DNA of 51,451 bases from contig JALHHX010000001.1 of the NCBI GenBank assembly GCA_022837245.1, positions 1 to 51,451 on the forward strand, read 5' to 3'. This document shows, one piece after another, positions 25,180 through 35,409 of the stretch. The translations under genes and the position numbers were made by a program. Position 1 is the stretch's first letter. Every line of letters begins with the position of its first letter. The DNA comes from Lentisphaerota bacterium (GTDB lineage Bacteria > Verrucomicrobiota > Kiritimatiellia > RFP12 > UBA3636). The notes beneath the pieces are model-generated. The model worked only from the letters and a program-made list of their open reading frames with translations, had not been told where the DNA came from and made no database searches.

Positions 25180-25640
25180 TAATACCCCTGTTTCGAGATT
25201 ACATTGCGGAGCTCCGCTTGAAATGCCCTCAAGTCTTCCTCTGTGGGACGGTAGCCTTTTTGCTCTGGATCCAACGCCAAGCGTCCATCTGCGGTGATTG
25301 CCCATTCGCCTTTGACGCCGTCCGAGAACACGACTTCGCCGGTCATTGCAAAACCCGGACGTGCCAGCGGGTTGATCGTGACGGAGACGCCACCTTCCGC
25401 GCTGTCCAGCTCGTCCTCAAACTCATCGACCGCCTTTTCGCGTTCGGCATTTTCCTTCTTCTCCCTCGGCTCTTCTTTGTCTTTGATTTTTGTCCCGAGG
25501 TCGAGCAACAAAAGCCTCGTCTCGATAAAGCTCAGCTTGATCCCGAACTCCTCGAATATATTGTTCTGTATTTCGGAGAGCCCAGCGCCCTCCGCGGCCC
25601 AGCCATTGACCTTGTCCTTCTGTTCCTGTGTTAGTTCCAT
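25179..25640 (-). CDS. hypothetical protein (153 aa) with central Lys/Glu-rich linker
   Basis: The ORF has coherent composition. The start was set to MELTQEQ at 25640. Its stop overlaps the proC start (TAATG). No family was recognised. Confidence 0.5.
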   Translation of the reverse strand: MELTQEQKDKVNGWAAEGAGLSEIQNNIFEEFGIKLSFIETRLLLLDLGTKIKDKEEPREKKENAEREKAVDEFEDELDSAEGGVSVTINPLARPGFAMTGEVVFSDGVKGEWAITADGRLALDPEQKGYRPTEEDLRAFQAELRNVISKQGY

Positions 25641-25803
25641 GGCGTATCTACTCCAAAATTGATGGGGGGGATTGTACCACAAAACACGCGGGATTCCTAC
25701 CCTGGATTTTTTAACGCCGAGTTTTTACTAGACTAAACAGTGGGGAAAATAGTAATCTGCACATTGCTTTTTGTCTTTTGGGCAAGGAACATTTCGCGGA
25801 TCT

Positions 25804-27495
25804 ATGAGAGCCACATCTTCCAAGTATTCAATCGGGGTTGATTACGGCACCAACAGCGTGAGGGCCGTGGTCTTCGCACTGGAGGACGGTGCCGAGATCG
25901 CTTCAGGTGTTTTCGCGTATCCAACCGGTGTTGACGGGGTGGTCGTCTCCGCCAGCGACCCGCAGCTCGCAAGACAGAACCCGGCCGACTACATCGAGGG
26001 CTTTTTCACATCCGTTTCCGGGGCGCTAAAGAAGGCCTCGAAGGCGGACCGGAAGTTCAAGCCGGAGAACGTAGCAGGAATCGGGGTGGACACGACCGGC
26101 TCGACGCCTGTCCCCGTCGGCAAGGACGGAATGCCCCTTTCGTTCGACCGCAAGTTCAAGGACAACCCGAACGCATACGCCTGGCTGTGGAAAGACCATA
26201 CTGCGTACGCAGAGGCGGAGGCGATCACCGATGCCGCCCGCGAGATGAATATGCCGTATCTCGACAAATGCGGCGGCAAATACTCCTCAGAGTGGTTCTG
26301 GTCCAAAATATGGCACTGCCTTAAGGTGGATAAACGCGTTTTCGACGCGGCGTATTCGTGGGTCGAGCTAAGCGACTTGGTTCCGGCTTTCATAACGGGC
26401 AACATAGACCCGCTTACGATGCGTCGCAACATCTGCGCGGCTGGGCACAAGGCGATGTTCGCGGCCGAATGGGGCGGATTGCCGTCGAAGGAATTTTTGG
26501 GTAAGCTATCGCCGCGTCTGGCGGAGTTGCGCGACAGGCTTTATGAGCAGGCCGTGCCGTCGGACTGGCCGGCGGGGCGTCTGAGCCCGTCGGTGGCGGA
26601 GAAGGTCGGGCTGCCTTCCGGGTTGCCGGTGGCGGTCGGCGCGCTGGACTGCCACCACGGCGCCGTCGGCAGCGGTATCAAGCCGGGGACGCTTGTGAAG
26701 ATAATAGGCACAAGCACGTGCGATGCGATGGTGGCGCCGGCAGGCGCGGACGTCCCGGTCATCCCGGGCGTCTGCGGCATAGTGCCGGGTTCGATCATCC
26801 CAGGCATGACCGGCATCGAAGCCGGTCAGTCGGCTGTTGGCGACATATTCAAATGGTATGTGGACAAACATGCGCCGGCGGAATTCTCGAAAGGCAATGC
26901 CTATGCGAATCTCGAGAAAGCGGCCGCGGAGCTTAAGCCTGGCGAGTCGGGGCTGTTGGCGCTCGACTGGAACAACGGCAACCGCTGCGTGCTCGTCGAC
27001 CCGCTGCTGACCGGCGCGCTTGTTGGCACAACGCTCCATACCACCGCACCCGGGATTTACCGGGCGCTTGTGGAGGCGACCGCGTTCGGTTCTCTGGTCA
27101 TTATTCAGCGCGTCGAAGAATACGGCACAAAGATCAAGGATGTCGTCACCTGCGGCGGCCTTGCAGAAAAGAGCCCGCTTATGATGCAGATCTACGCCGA
27201 CGTGTTGGGCCGCCCCATACGAATCAGCAGGAGTGCCCAGTCGTGCGCGCTCGGCGCGGCGATATTCGGGGCGATTGTGGCGGGCGAGTTCTCCGGCGGA
27301 ATTGCCGCCGCGCAGAAGGCGATGACGGGCACCAGGGACATCGTCTATAAACCCATCCGCGGGAATGTGAAGACTTACGGGAAGCTCTACGGGCTGTACC
27401 GCAGGTTGCACGATGCTTTCGGCGTGGCGGATTCGAGCGGGAACCTCGCGGACGTGATGAAAGAGCTGATTGAAATAAGGAAAAGCGTCCGCTGA
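25804..27495 (+). CDS. araB: L-ribulokinase (FGGY carbohydrate kinase)
   Basis: YSIGVDYGTNSVRAVVF, GIGVDTTGSTPVPV, NPNAYAWLWKDHTAYAEAEAIT and GGKYSSEWFWSKIWH closely mirror E. coli AraB blocks. The length of 563 aa also fits. Confidence 0.88.
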   Translation: MRATSSKYSIGVDYGTNSVRAVVFALEDGAEIASGVFAYPTGVDGVVVSASDPQLARQNPADYIEGFFTSVSGALKKASKADRKFKPENVAGIGVDTTGSTPVPVGKDGMPLSFDRKFKDNPNAYAWLWKDHTAYAEAEAITDAAREMNMPYLDKCGGKYSSEWFWSKIWHCLKVDKRVFDAAYSWVELSDLVPAFITGNIDPLTMRRNICAAGHKAMFAAEWGGLPSKEFLGKLSPRLAELRDRLYEQAVPSDWPAGRLSPSVAEKVGLPSGLPVAVGALDCHHGAVGSGIKPGTLVKIIGTSTCDAMVAPAGADVPVIPGVCGIVPGSIIPGMTGIEAGQSAVGDIFKWYVDKHAPAEFSKGNAYANLEKAAAELKPGESGLLALDWNNGNRCVLVDPLLTGALVGTTLHTTAPGIYRALVEATAFGSLVIIQRVEEYGTKIKDVVTCGGLAEKSPLMMQIYADVLGRPIRISRSAQSCALGAAIFGAIVAGEFSGGIAAAQKAMTGTRDIVYKPIRGNVKTYGKLYGLYRRLHDAFGVADSSGNLADVMKELIEIRKSVR

Positions 27496-27512
27496 AATTT
27501 CGGGACATACAA

Positions 27513-29654
27513 ATGAGCAACAAAAACAGAATCAGAGCAATCAACAGGATAGTGGAGCGTCCGGCGGACTCGGTTTTCGAGGCTAAGCCCGCCACCATCG
27601 ACTACTACGGCATCGACGTTTTCAACGAAGACTCGATGCGGAAATACCTCGCAAAAGACACCGCCGAAAAGCTGCTGGCCACGATTAACAAAGGCGTCAC
27701 TCTTGATGCCTCAATCGCAGGCGACGTGGCCCATGCCATGAAGGAGTGGGCAGTCGATCGCGGCGCGACACATTACACGCACTGGTTCCAGCCGCTGACT
27801 TACGGCACGGCCGAGAAGCACGATTCGTTCGTCTCTCCCGTCAGCCATGGACGCGCCATAATGGCGTTTTCCGGCAAGAATCTCGTCGTCGGCGAACCAG
27901 ATGCTTCCAGCTTCCCATCCGGCGGCATCCGCTCCACATTCGAGGCGCGCGGCTATACTGCGTGGGATCCGACAAGCCCGGCTTTCATAAAACGCCACGC
28001 CAACGGCGCGACGCTCTGCATACCCACGGCGTTCTGCAGCTACAGGGGCGAAGTGCTCGACAAGAAGACGCCGCTGCTACGCTCGATGCAGGCGCTCAAG
28101 GAGTCGATCGTGCGCCTCATGAGGTGCTTCGGGGTGCCGGAGGAAACGCCCGGCATAACGCTCGGGGCGGAGCAGGAGTACTTTCTTATCGACGAGGCGT
28201 TCTACTTGCAACGCCCGGATCTGGTGCAAACGGGACGTACGCTCTTCGGGGCGCCCCCGCCTAAGCATCAGCAGCTCGAGGACCACTACTTCGGATCGAT
28301 CAAGCCGCGCATCCTGAAGTTCATGACCGAAGTGGAAGTGGATTTGTGGAAGCTCGGCATACCGGCCAAAACGCGGCACAACGAAGTGGCCCCCGCCCAG
28401 TTTGAAATAGCCCCGATGTTCGAGGACCTGAACATGGCGGTAGATCACAACATGCTGGTCATGGAAACGCTTCGTCAAGTGGCGGAGCGCAATGGCCTCG
28501 TATGCCTTATGCATGAAAAGCCTTTTGCAGGCGTTAACGGCTCGGGCAAGCATAACAACTGGTCGATCTCATACGGAAAGCGGAACTTGCTGGATCCAGG
28601 CACCGACCCAGAGCAGAACATGATCTTCTTAACGGTGCTTTCCGCCATTATACGCGGCGTGGATCTGCATGCGGATCTTCTGCGCTCCACGTCGTGCAGC
28701 ATCGGCAACGACCTCAGGCTCGGCTCCAGCGAGGCGCCGCCTTCCGTGATTTCGATATTTTTAGGCGACCAGCTCGAGGGGATCATCGACCAGATCGTTA
28801 AAGAAGGCGCGTCAAACGGCAGCAAGAAACCGGGGACGCTCCGTGTCGGAGTGAACACTCTGCCACCGCTGCCGCTCGATGCGACTGACCGCAACCGCAC
28901 AAGCCCGTTTGCTTTCACAGGCAACAAGTTCGAATTCCGCGCGCCGGGATCAAGCATGTCGTGCGCCGCACCCAACACATTCCTGAACACGATCGTTGCG
29001 GATTCGCTCGACTTCATTTCAGAGAAGCTCGAGAAGGCTCCGGAAAAGGATTTCCAAAAGACGGTGCAATCAACACTCCGCGACATAGTCGTTAAACACC
29101 GCCGCATAATCTTCAACGGCAACGGCTACAGCGATGAATGGGTCGCGGAGGCCGAAAAGCGCGGCCTGCCCAATCTCAAGACCACCCCCGAAGCCCTGAA
29201 GCCGCTACTTGACGCCGACAACCAAAAGCTCGTGGCCAAGTACGGCGTGTTTTCAAAGGTTGAGATGGATTCGCGCTACGAGGTCTTCCTCTACGACTAC
29301 CACCGCCGGCTGCGCATCGAAGGCGAAATCGCCCTCGAAATCGCCACCAGCATGGTGCGCCCCGTCGCGCAGAACGATTTCGCACGGCTATCGGCGGCAC
29401 TGGCTGAAGCGACGTCAACGGGGATCAAGGAGGGTTTGTCAGGACTCCGCGTCGCAACGAAATCCGCCGGAGCGCGGCTCGACAGGTTGACCGAGGTGTG
29501 CGACAAGTTGAAGGCGGCGGTAGCTGCGGAGAAGTACGAGGACATCATAAAGGACATGGAAGCCCTTCGCGCCGTCGTGGACGAACTCGAACACGAAGTC
29601 GACGACCAGGAATGGCCGCTGCCGAAATACCGCGAGATGCTCTTTATCTACTGA
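27513..29654 (+). CDS. glnN: type III glutamine synthetase
   Basis: The ~713 aa length fits. The N-terminal block is YGIDVFNEDSMRKYL...MKEWAVDRGATHYTHWFQPLT. The catalytic region GAEQEYFLID...RHNEVAPAQFEIAP...HEKPFAGVNGSGKHNNWS is characteristic of GSIII. Confidence 0.88.
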   Translation: MSNKNRIRAINRIVERPADSVFEAKPATIDYYGIDVFNEDSMRKYLAKDTAEKLLATINKGVTLDASIAGDVAHAMKEWAVDRGATHYTHWFQPLTYGTAEKHDSFVSPVSHGRAIMAFSGKNLVVGEPDASSFPSGGIRSTFEARGYTAWDPTSPAFIKRHANGATLCIPTAFCSYRGEVLDKKTPLLRSMQALKESIVRLMRCFGVPEETPGITLGAEQEYFLIDEAFYLQRPDLVQTGRTLFGAPPPKHQQLEDHYFGSIKPRILKFMTEVEVDLWKLGIPAKTRHNEVAPAQFEIAPMFEDLNMAVDHNMLVMETLRQVAERNGLVCLMHEKPFAGVNGSGKHNNWSISYGKRNLLDPGTDPEQNMIFLTVLSAIIRGVDLHADLLRSTSCSIGNDLRLGSSEAPPSVISIFLGDQLEGIIDQIVKEGASNGSKKPGTLRVGVNTLPPLPLDATDRNRTSPFAFTGNKFEFRAPGSSMSCAAPNTFLNTIVADSLDFISEKLEKAPEKDFQKTVQSTLRDIVVKHRRIIFNGNGYSDEWVAEAEKRGLPNLKTTPEALKPLLDADNQKLVAKYGVFSKVEMDSRYEVFLYDYHRRLRIEGEIALEIATSMVRPVAQNDFARLSAALAEATSTGIKEGLSGLRVATKSAGARLDRLTEVCDKLKAAVAAEKYEDIIKDMEALRAVVDELEHEVDDQEWPLPKYREMLFIY

Positions 29655-30657
29655 CGCCTTCCGGAAAGACCAGACGCTTCTGCGTATCGGCGGATTCGCG
29701 CGCCAGCAGAGCCGCCTGGGTGATGCGCAGAAGGTCAATTCCGGTCATGATGTTCGAAGGTTTTTCGTCTATGCACTGAAGAAAATCCTCGAACATGCCT
29801 TTTGGCGGCGCCTCGGAAAACGTTTCGCTTTTGGTTCCGGTAAGCATGTGGCAGCGTCCTGATTCGACTTCCAGCGTACCGTCAGTGCCAACAACGCGTA
29901 GTCTGTCGTCGCCATGATTCAACTCAGGGTTCTCTGGCCTGAAGTAGTCGATGGAGACAGTGGCGCTTATGCCAGTTTCGAACTGGAACAAGCATGCTGC
30001 GCTCATCTCCATGTCGCCGAGCCCCTTGTTGAAAGCGTTGGAATGCGACGCGCAGACCGACCGGAACGGAACGCGCCCCGCGAAATGGTACAACCATGAT
30101 ATTGCGTGGATGCCGACCCACGGTATGAGTCCAGATGAGGTGTGACGCTGAGTAAAATAAGCCGCGCGTTTCCCGCGCTTGTAGGACTTTCGTGCATCCA
30201 GCAGCCTTATTGTGCCAATATCCGGTGCTAAGCGCGTCGCTCCCCACATGCCAGGCTCGTAATGCGGCCCGCACATCTGAGCCACCTTGACCTCCGGGTT
30301 GCCTTTGAGCGCCCGCTCAAGCACGGCGAGTCCTTCAAGGGTCGTCGCGGCCGGCTTTTCGCAAAAAACGTGGATTTTTCGGGCGACTGCCTCCGCGGTC
30401 ATCGCAGAATGCTCTTCGAACTGACCGCAGACGACGACCGCGTCTGGAGCTATGGCGTCGAGCATCTCCCGGTAGTCACCTTGGAAAATGTGCGGGGCGT
30501 GTCCGATAGCCCGCGCACAGGTTTCCGCGACGCGCTCAGCGGGAATCCCGGGCTCCGATCCGCAGACTCCGGCTATCTCGCATTCGCGGGAGGCTTTAAC
30601 GCCCTCCAGCGCAATTCCCAGATGCCCCCTGTCGCCAACGATGCAGATTCTTTTCAT
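29644..30657 (-). CDS. Gfo/Idh/MocA family oxidoreductase
   Basis: N-terminal Rossmann region MKRICIVGDRGHLG...VCGS, then AVVVCGQFEEHSAMTAEAVARKIHVFCEKP, which is the typical EKP motif region. Confidence 0.75.
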   Translation of the reverse strand: MKRICIVGDRGHLGIALEGVKASRECEIAGVCGSEPGIPAERVAETCARAIGHAPHIFQGDYREMLDAIAPDAVVVCGQFEEHSAMTAEAVARKIHVFCEKPAATTLEGLAVLERALKGNPEVKVAQMCGPHYEPGMWGATRLAPDIGTIRLLDARKSYKRGKRAAYFTQRHTSSGLIPWVGIHAISWLYHFAGRVPFRSVCASHSNAFNKGLGDMEMSAACLFQFETGISATVSIDYFRPENPELNHGDDRLRVVGTDGTLEVESGRCHMLTGTKSETFSEAPPKGMFEDFLQCIDEKPSNIMTGIDLLRITQAALLARESADTQKRLVFPEGVSR

Positions 30658-30855
30658 GGGCGTATCTTAGCACACGCCCGTTCCGCCCTCCAGTGCAAAG
30701 CGCATCACAGGAGCGCCTTATTCCTGTGCTCTCGACTGGCTGGCGCAACACAGGCACTGGAGGGCAACGCAGCTCCGGGAGCGGAGGCAACCTCGATGTT
30801 TTACCCGCCTAAAGCTTCTTAATCGTGGGACACGCCGGGAGTTGTTCGCATTGAA

Positions 30856-31494
30856 ATGCAGGGTGGTGGCGTAACTGCGGCGGTGTGGCTTGAGAACCCC
30901 GATTCGGAAAAGATTCCAGCGCTCTTTCATGTAAACGCCGAGGACATAGGCCAGTCAATGAGCACCTGTCAAGCTTTTTACACAGAGGGACTTTCCGTGC
31001 TTGCCGTGGAATATCCCGGATACGGGCTCAGCGAAGGAAGTCCGAGCGAGAAAGCCGTGTACACAGCGGCGGACGCGGCGTTTACGTTCCTGACGAAGGA
31101 CAAGAACGTGGCACAGTCTAACATCGTGATAATGGGAAAATCTGTAGGTGGCGGCCCTGCATGCTATCTGGCGGAAAAGCAACCAGCAGTTGGCGGTCTT
31201 ATATTGCAAAGCGGCTTTACAAGCGCGTTTAGGACCGTGACGCGCGTCCGCATTCTTCCCACGGATCCATTCCCGAACATTTCGTGCATCGGAAACATCA
31301 AATGCAAGAAGCTGTTTTTACACGGTACAAAGGACACGGTCGTTCCGTACAGCCACGCAATCAAGTTACACGAAAATGCAGGAGAACCGAAGGTGCTTGT
31401 TCCCGTGACCGGAGCTGGACACAATGATCTACCACAGAGAATGGGCTTCGAACAATACGTCGAAACGATCAGCAGCTTCGTGCTTGACAAATAG
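30856..31494 (+). CDS. alpha/beta hydrolase (short, 212 aa)
   Basis: Nucleophile elbow IMGKSVGGG, acid LHGTKDTVVP, histidine GAGHND. An in-frame stop lies immediately upstream of the ATG. Confidence 0.7.
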   Translation: MQGGGVTAAVWLENPDSEKIPALFHVNAEDIGQSMSTCQAFYTEGLSVLAVEYPGYGLSEGSPSEKAVYTAADAAFTFLTKDKNVAQSNIVIMGKSVGGGPACYLAEKQPAVGGLILQSGFTSAFRTVTRVRILPTDPFPNISCIGNIKCKKLFLHGTKDTVVPYSHAIKLHENAGEPKVLVPVTGAGHNDLPQRMGFEQYVETISSFVLDK

Positions 31495-31764
31495 ACGCCC
31501 CATCCGCCACATCGGCGATGGGGCTTCGCTGGCGCGTTCGCAGCGATCGGCGACCCATACGACGGGCGGCACATGGGAAACCCGGAAACACCACAAAAAA
31601 ACACATCATTGCAAGTGTGGTTTTTGGTTCCGGCGGTTCTATAAACAGTGTCACGGCCGCGGCGGCGCCTGCCGCGCGTCAATGCGAAGCGCCGCACAGA
31701 CGCTGGAGGGCGACGCGCCGCGGAGCCGCATCATGGCAACGTCCCCATCCTGCCACACGCGATT

Positions 31765-31800
31765 ATTGTAATCCCGTGGTTTCGAACACGGGATTACAAT
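31765..31800. terminator. perfect 14-bp inverted repeat between convergent genes (possible bidirectional terminator)
   Basis: ATTGTAATCCCGTG-GTTTCGAA-CACGGGATTACAAT. It lies 46 nt downstream of the minus-strand OMP gene stop and about 270 nt downstream of the hydrolase stop. Confidence 0.5.
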
Positions 31801-31845
31801 CCGCCCCTGCCGATGCCAGGCTCCTCAAAGCAGGGGATGGCTGGA

Positions 31846-32775
31846 CTAGAATTCGTAGATGTAGCCGACGCGGAATTCGAACGCACGGTCGTTCTGGATG
31901 AAGAGCGCGTCGTCGTTGTCCGGGAAGACGATGGTGCCGCTGTCGGTCTCGTCGAAGGAGTACATCCAGGACATGTAGTATGAGGCATCAACGAAGACGC
32001 CCTTGTAGTTCACCCCGGCGCCGATGCGGAAGTGCGCGCCGTAGGCCAGCGACGATTCCTCGATGTAGCCCTCGGAAATCCTGCCGTTCTTCCAGTTGGT
32101 GTCGTTTCCGCGGCGGGCAATGCCCTCGGCTTCACCGAAGCGCAGCCCGACTTCGCCGAAGAAGTCGACGTATTCCGTGAGCGGGTTCCATTCACCGAAG
32201 TATCCTGCTTGACCCATATTCCAGGTTATGTCGCGGTCGTTCGCGATGCGGGTGACGCTGCCTTCGCGCGTGTCCATGTCCTTTTCGGAGTCGGAGCGGT
32301 AGTAGGCGACGGTCCAGCCCCAGCGGCCATTGTCCCAGGCTTCGGCTGTCTGGCGCCAGCCGGTCTGCAGCTCGGTGCCTTCGGAATAGACGAGGTGGTG
32401 CGATTCAGGCGAGGTCCAGTTGTAGTCGTAGTCGTCGAACAGGAGCTGAAAGAAGAATTCGCCCCTGTCGTCCTTGGAGACTGCCAGCCTGAAGCCGTCG
32501 GCCGAGCCGCGGTAGTTGCCGGCATTCCAGTCTTCGATGCTGCTGTCGTCATAGTCGTAGCGGTTTTCGAGGGCGGTATGGCATTCGTCGTACTCGCGCC
32601 TGACGTATTTTGCACTGATTTTATACGTGGAGGTGTCCTCGGACAACAGCATCAGGTCGGGATCGACGAGATCGGGGTCTGACGGCATCGCGGGGGTTTG
32701 TTGTGCTTGGGCGGCAAGTGCGGTGCAAGCTGCAATGGCGAGGCCGGACAGCATTTTCTTGGTATTGGTCATCAT
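31846..32775 (-). CDS. outer-membrane beta-barrel protein (predicted)
   Basis: Signal peptide MMTNTKKMLSGLAIAACTALAAQAQQ. Alternating aromatic/Gly-rich strands. C-terminal beta-signal FRVGYIYEF ending in Phe. Confidence 0.6.
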   Translation of the reverse strand: MMTNTKKMLSGLAIAACTALAAQAQQTPAMPSDPDLVDPDLMLLSEDTSTYKISAKYVRREYDECHTALENRYDYDDSSIEDWNAGNYRGSADGFRLAVSKDDRGEFFFQLLFDDYDYNWTSPESHHLVYSEGTELQTGWRQTAEAWDNGRWGWTVAYYRSDSEKDMDTREGSVTRIANDRDITWNMGQAGYFGEWNPLTEYVDFFGEVGLRFGEAEGIARRGNDTNWKNGRISEGYIEESSLAYGAHFRIGAGVNYKGVFVDASYYMSWMYSFDETDSGTIVFPDNDDALFIQNDRAFEFRVGYIYEF

Positions 32776-32829
32776 TTTGTATTCCTGTTTGTCTTTTTTT
32801 GTGTAAAGTTCCGGTTGACAGCCCGGCAA

Positions 32830-34242
32830 TTATCTTTGAGCCCTTGCGACTCTCTCGACCTGCTCTATGTAGCGCTGGAGGGAATCGCGCGGGGTCATGT
32901 CATGTGAACGCTTGAGCAGCGGCAGCGCGTCGGCGAAGCGCCCTGCCCTTGCGAGTGCCTGTCCGTGGCGCAGGCATGCCTCCGCTTCATATTTTTCGAT
33001 TCCAGCGGCTCTTTCGAAGTAGAAGACGCCGCGCTCGAGTTCGCTCACGGACGCGTAATGACGCCCGAGCGATATGAGCGTTTCGCCATCAAGCGGGTCT
33101 TCCGCGACGATTCTCTCAAGGAGCGCGACCTGCTCCGCCGCGGGGCGCCCTTCGAGCCCGGCGAGCCTCGCTTCGAGTTTGAGCGCGCGGATTTTCGTCT
33201 GCCCTTCAAGCTCCGCGCCCGCGTGTTTGGATATGGCATCGACCACCGTGCGTGCGGCGCGCGGCGCGGCGCGCATGGCGAGGACTTCGGCGTTGCGTAG
33301 CGAACGTGCGAAGTCCGGGGTTTCGGATTGCGCTATGACGTTCGTGTATATGCCCGCTGCGAGATCGAAGAGGCCTTCGTTGACGTAGATGTCGCCCAGC
33401 GAGTTCATGGCAGTCACAGGGAGCTTGCCGATGCCAAGTAGATATTCGTAATTGACGGCTGCCGCAAGCGGCTGCTTCATGCCAAGGTACGCGTTGGCCT
33501 CGAGCAGCCAGTAATCGGCGCGTCCGGGATCGACCTCGATCAGATCGGCGCAAAGCGCGGCGGCGGCCTCGTATTTCTTCTGGCGGAAGAGACAGCGCGC
33601 GAGCCCGACCTTCCAGTCAACGGTGCCGGGCTGGAACATTATCGCCTGGCGGTATGCCGTTTCGGCGGAGTTGTCCTTTTCGAGCGCGGCGTATGAGTAG
33701 CCGAGCATGCCGTAGGATAGGCCGTCGCTCGCGCCGAGTTCAATCGCCTTGGTCAGCGAGTCCACGGCTTCCTTGTAGTTTTCGCGGCGGACCTCCACAA
33801 TGCCGAGGTTCTTGTGGGCGCGCATGAAGGAAGGGAATTTCGCGACTGCCCTTTTATACCATCCGGCAGCGAGGTCGAGCTTCTCCTCCTGGAAGTAAAT
33901 ATTGGCCATGGTGAAGTCGAAAGTGGCGCTATGCGCGTCGGTGACCGTCCGCGAGAGCAGTATCTTCGCCTGCAGCTGGCTTTCCGGCGCGCCCATGAGC
34001 GCGAGGACTTTCTCAAGCTCCTCTTTTTCAAGCGTGGTGACTTCGGGCTCGATTTCCGACTTGCTGCCGTATGTGCCCAGGAACTGGTTCCTGAACGAGG
34101 GGGTGGACCAGAACGCCGCCATTTCCGAGCGTGCGGTTTCGGTGTCCCAGCCGGCTCCGCCGGCGCCGGTCGTTTGGCACATGCCGGACACCGGCGCGGC
34201 GGCCGCGAACATGGTGATCGCGAATATCGAAAGTTGTTTCAT
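32830..34242 (-). CDS. periplasmic TPR-repeat protein (TtpD-like last component of TonB2-type clusters)
   Basis: Signal peptide MKQLSIFAITMFAAAAPVSGM. Repeated TPR-like A/Y/L patterns (AGWYKRAV, AETAYRQAI, YEAAAALCADLIE, YWLLEANAYL). Confidence 0.7.
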   Translation of the reverse strand: MKQLSIFAITMFAAAAPVSGMCQTTGAGGAGWDTETARSEMAAFWSTPSFRNQFLGTYGSKSEIEPEVTTLEKEELEKVLALMGAPESQLQAKILLSRTVTDAHSATFDFTMANIYFQEEKLDLAAGWYKRAVAKFPSFMRAHKNLGIVEVRRENYKEAVDSLTKAIELGASDGLSYGMLGYSYAALEKDNSAETAYRQAIMFQPGTVDWKVGLARCLFRQKKYEAAAALCADLIEVDPGRADYWLLEANAYLGMKQPLAAAVNYEYLLGIGKLPVTAMNSLGDIYVNEGLFDLAAGIYTNVIAQSETPDFARSLRNAEVLAMRAAPRAARTVVDAISKHAGAELEGQTKIRALKLEARLAGLEGRPAAEQVALLERIVAEDPLDGETLISLGRHYASVSELERGVFYFERAAGIEKYEAEACLRHGQALARAGRFADALPLLKRSHDMTPRDSLQRYIEQVERVARAQR

Positions 34243-34265
34243 TGGTTTTTCTTTATGATTGTATG

Positions 34266-34976
34266 TCACTTTGCAGGCGCGAACGCCATCGGCACGCGCA
34301 TTCTGAACTGCACTGGTTCCCCGCCGCGTTTGCCCGGCTCGAAGCGCCAGCGTTTGACAGCCTGGAGCGCGGCTTTGCCGAAAGCGGGATGGCTTGCCGA
34401 CTGGACGCTGGGGTTTTGGACGCGGCCGTCTTTATCGACGATGAATATGATCCTGGCCGAGCCCTTGAGTTTCTGGCTCCTGAGTTCCCTGGGGTACTCC
34501 GGTGGCGTCTGCACTGTGGGGCGCGGCGCCTGGTCGAGATCCTCCAGTGAAAAGATGGCTTCGATATCATCGGCCAGCGAGCCGCCGTCCGACGTGTTTA
34601 GCGAGAGCTTGAAATCGCCCATCACGCCGCCGGCGCCGTCGCCGCCGAAGCCGGGGTTCAGCGCCAGTTCGAGCTGCGCCAGATCGAGCGGCTCGACATC
34701 CGGCTCCTCCATTTCTGGCGGGGGCGCCTCTTCAGGGGGTTCCTCCTCCTCCATTTCCATTTCGGGAGGCGGTGGCGGAGGGGGCGGCAGATTGGCGGTG
34801 GAGACGGTGCGGATGGTTGTGTCCGAATCGTCCTGCTGGCCGATGTTCTGCACGACGGGCAGCAGCATGAAAAAGAAAAGCGTGATAAGGCACGCTATCG
34901 CGAGCAGGAGGATGTTTCTCGCAGCCGCCCCGGTCCGCGCCATCGCTTTTTTAAAAGTTTCCTTGCTTGCGCCCAT
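34266..34976 (-). CDS. tonB: energy transducer TonB
   Basis: N-terminal TM ILLLAIACLITLFFFMLL. Pro/Glu-rich spacer PPPPPPPPEMEMEEEEPPEEAPPPEMEEP. C-terminal TonB_C block PEYPRELRSQKLKGSARIIFIVDKDGRV...AALQAVKRWRFEP. Confidence 0.85.
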   Translation of the reverse strand: MGASKETFKKAMARTGAAARNILLLAIACLITLFFFMLLPVVQNIGQQDDSDTTIRTVSTANLPPPPPPPPEMEMEEEEPPEEAPPPEMEEPDVEPLDLAQLELALNPGFGGDGAGGVMGDFKLSLNTSDGGSLADDIEAIFSLEDLDQAPRPTVQTPPEYPRELRSQKLKGSARIIFIVDKDGRVQNPSVQSASHPAFGKAALQAVKRWRFEPGKRGGEPVQFRMRVPMAFAPAK

Positions 34977-34992
34977 TGAGTCCAACCTGAGC

Positions 34993-35409
34993 CTACTGCC
35001 GCCTCTTCGCCGTGGCGATCGACACCTTGTTCGCGCCACCCAGCTTGGCCTCGTCTATCACCTGGACCAGCAGGCCGGACTTGACCGACTGGTCGGCCTG
35101 GACGATCACCGGGAGTTCCTCCTGCTGGAGCATGCGCGCCACAAGCGGACGCACTCCGCCGATGCCGATTTCCCGGCCTCCGTAGACTATCGCGCCCTCC
35201 TCGGTTATGGCGATCAGGATGCTGTTCTTATCGAGGTTCACGGAAGAGGCCGCCTGGGGTTTATCAACATCCACGCCTGTCTCCTCAACGAACGATGTCG
35301 TGACGATGAAGAAGATGAGCAGGATGAAGACGCAGTCGAGAATCGGCGACATGTCGATCGCGGCGTCTCCCGAACCCCCTTTGTCCGTCAAGCTGCGGAA
35401 ACGTCTCAT
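34993..35409 (-). CDS. exbD: ExbD/TolR biopolymer transport protein
   Basis: IDMSPILDCVFILLIFFIVTTSF TM, followed by a periplasmic domain with LPVIVQADQSVKSGLLVQVID. Confidence 0.85.
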   Translation of the reverse strand: MRRFRSLTDKGGSGDAAIDMSPILDCVFILLIFFIVTTSFVEETGVDVDKPQAASSVNLDKNSILIAITEEGAIVYGGREIGIGGVRPLVARMLQQEELPVIVQADQSVKSGLLVQVIDEAKLGGANKVSIATAKRRQ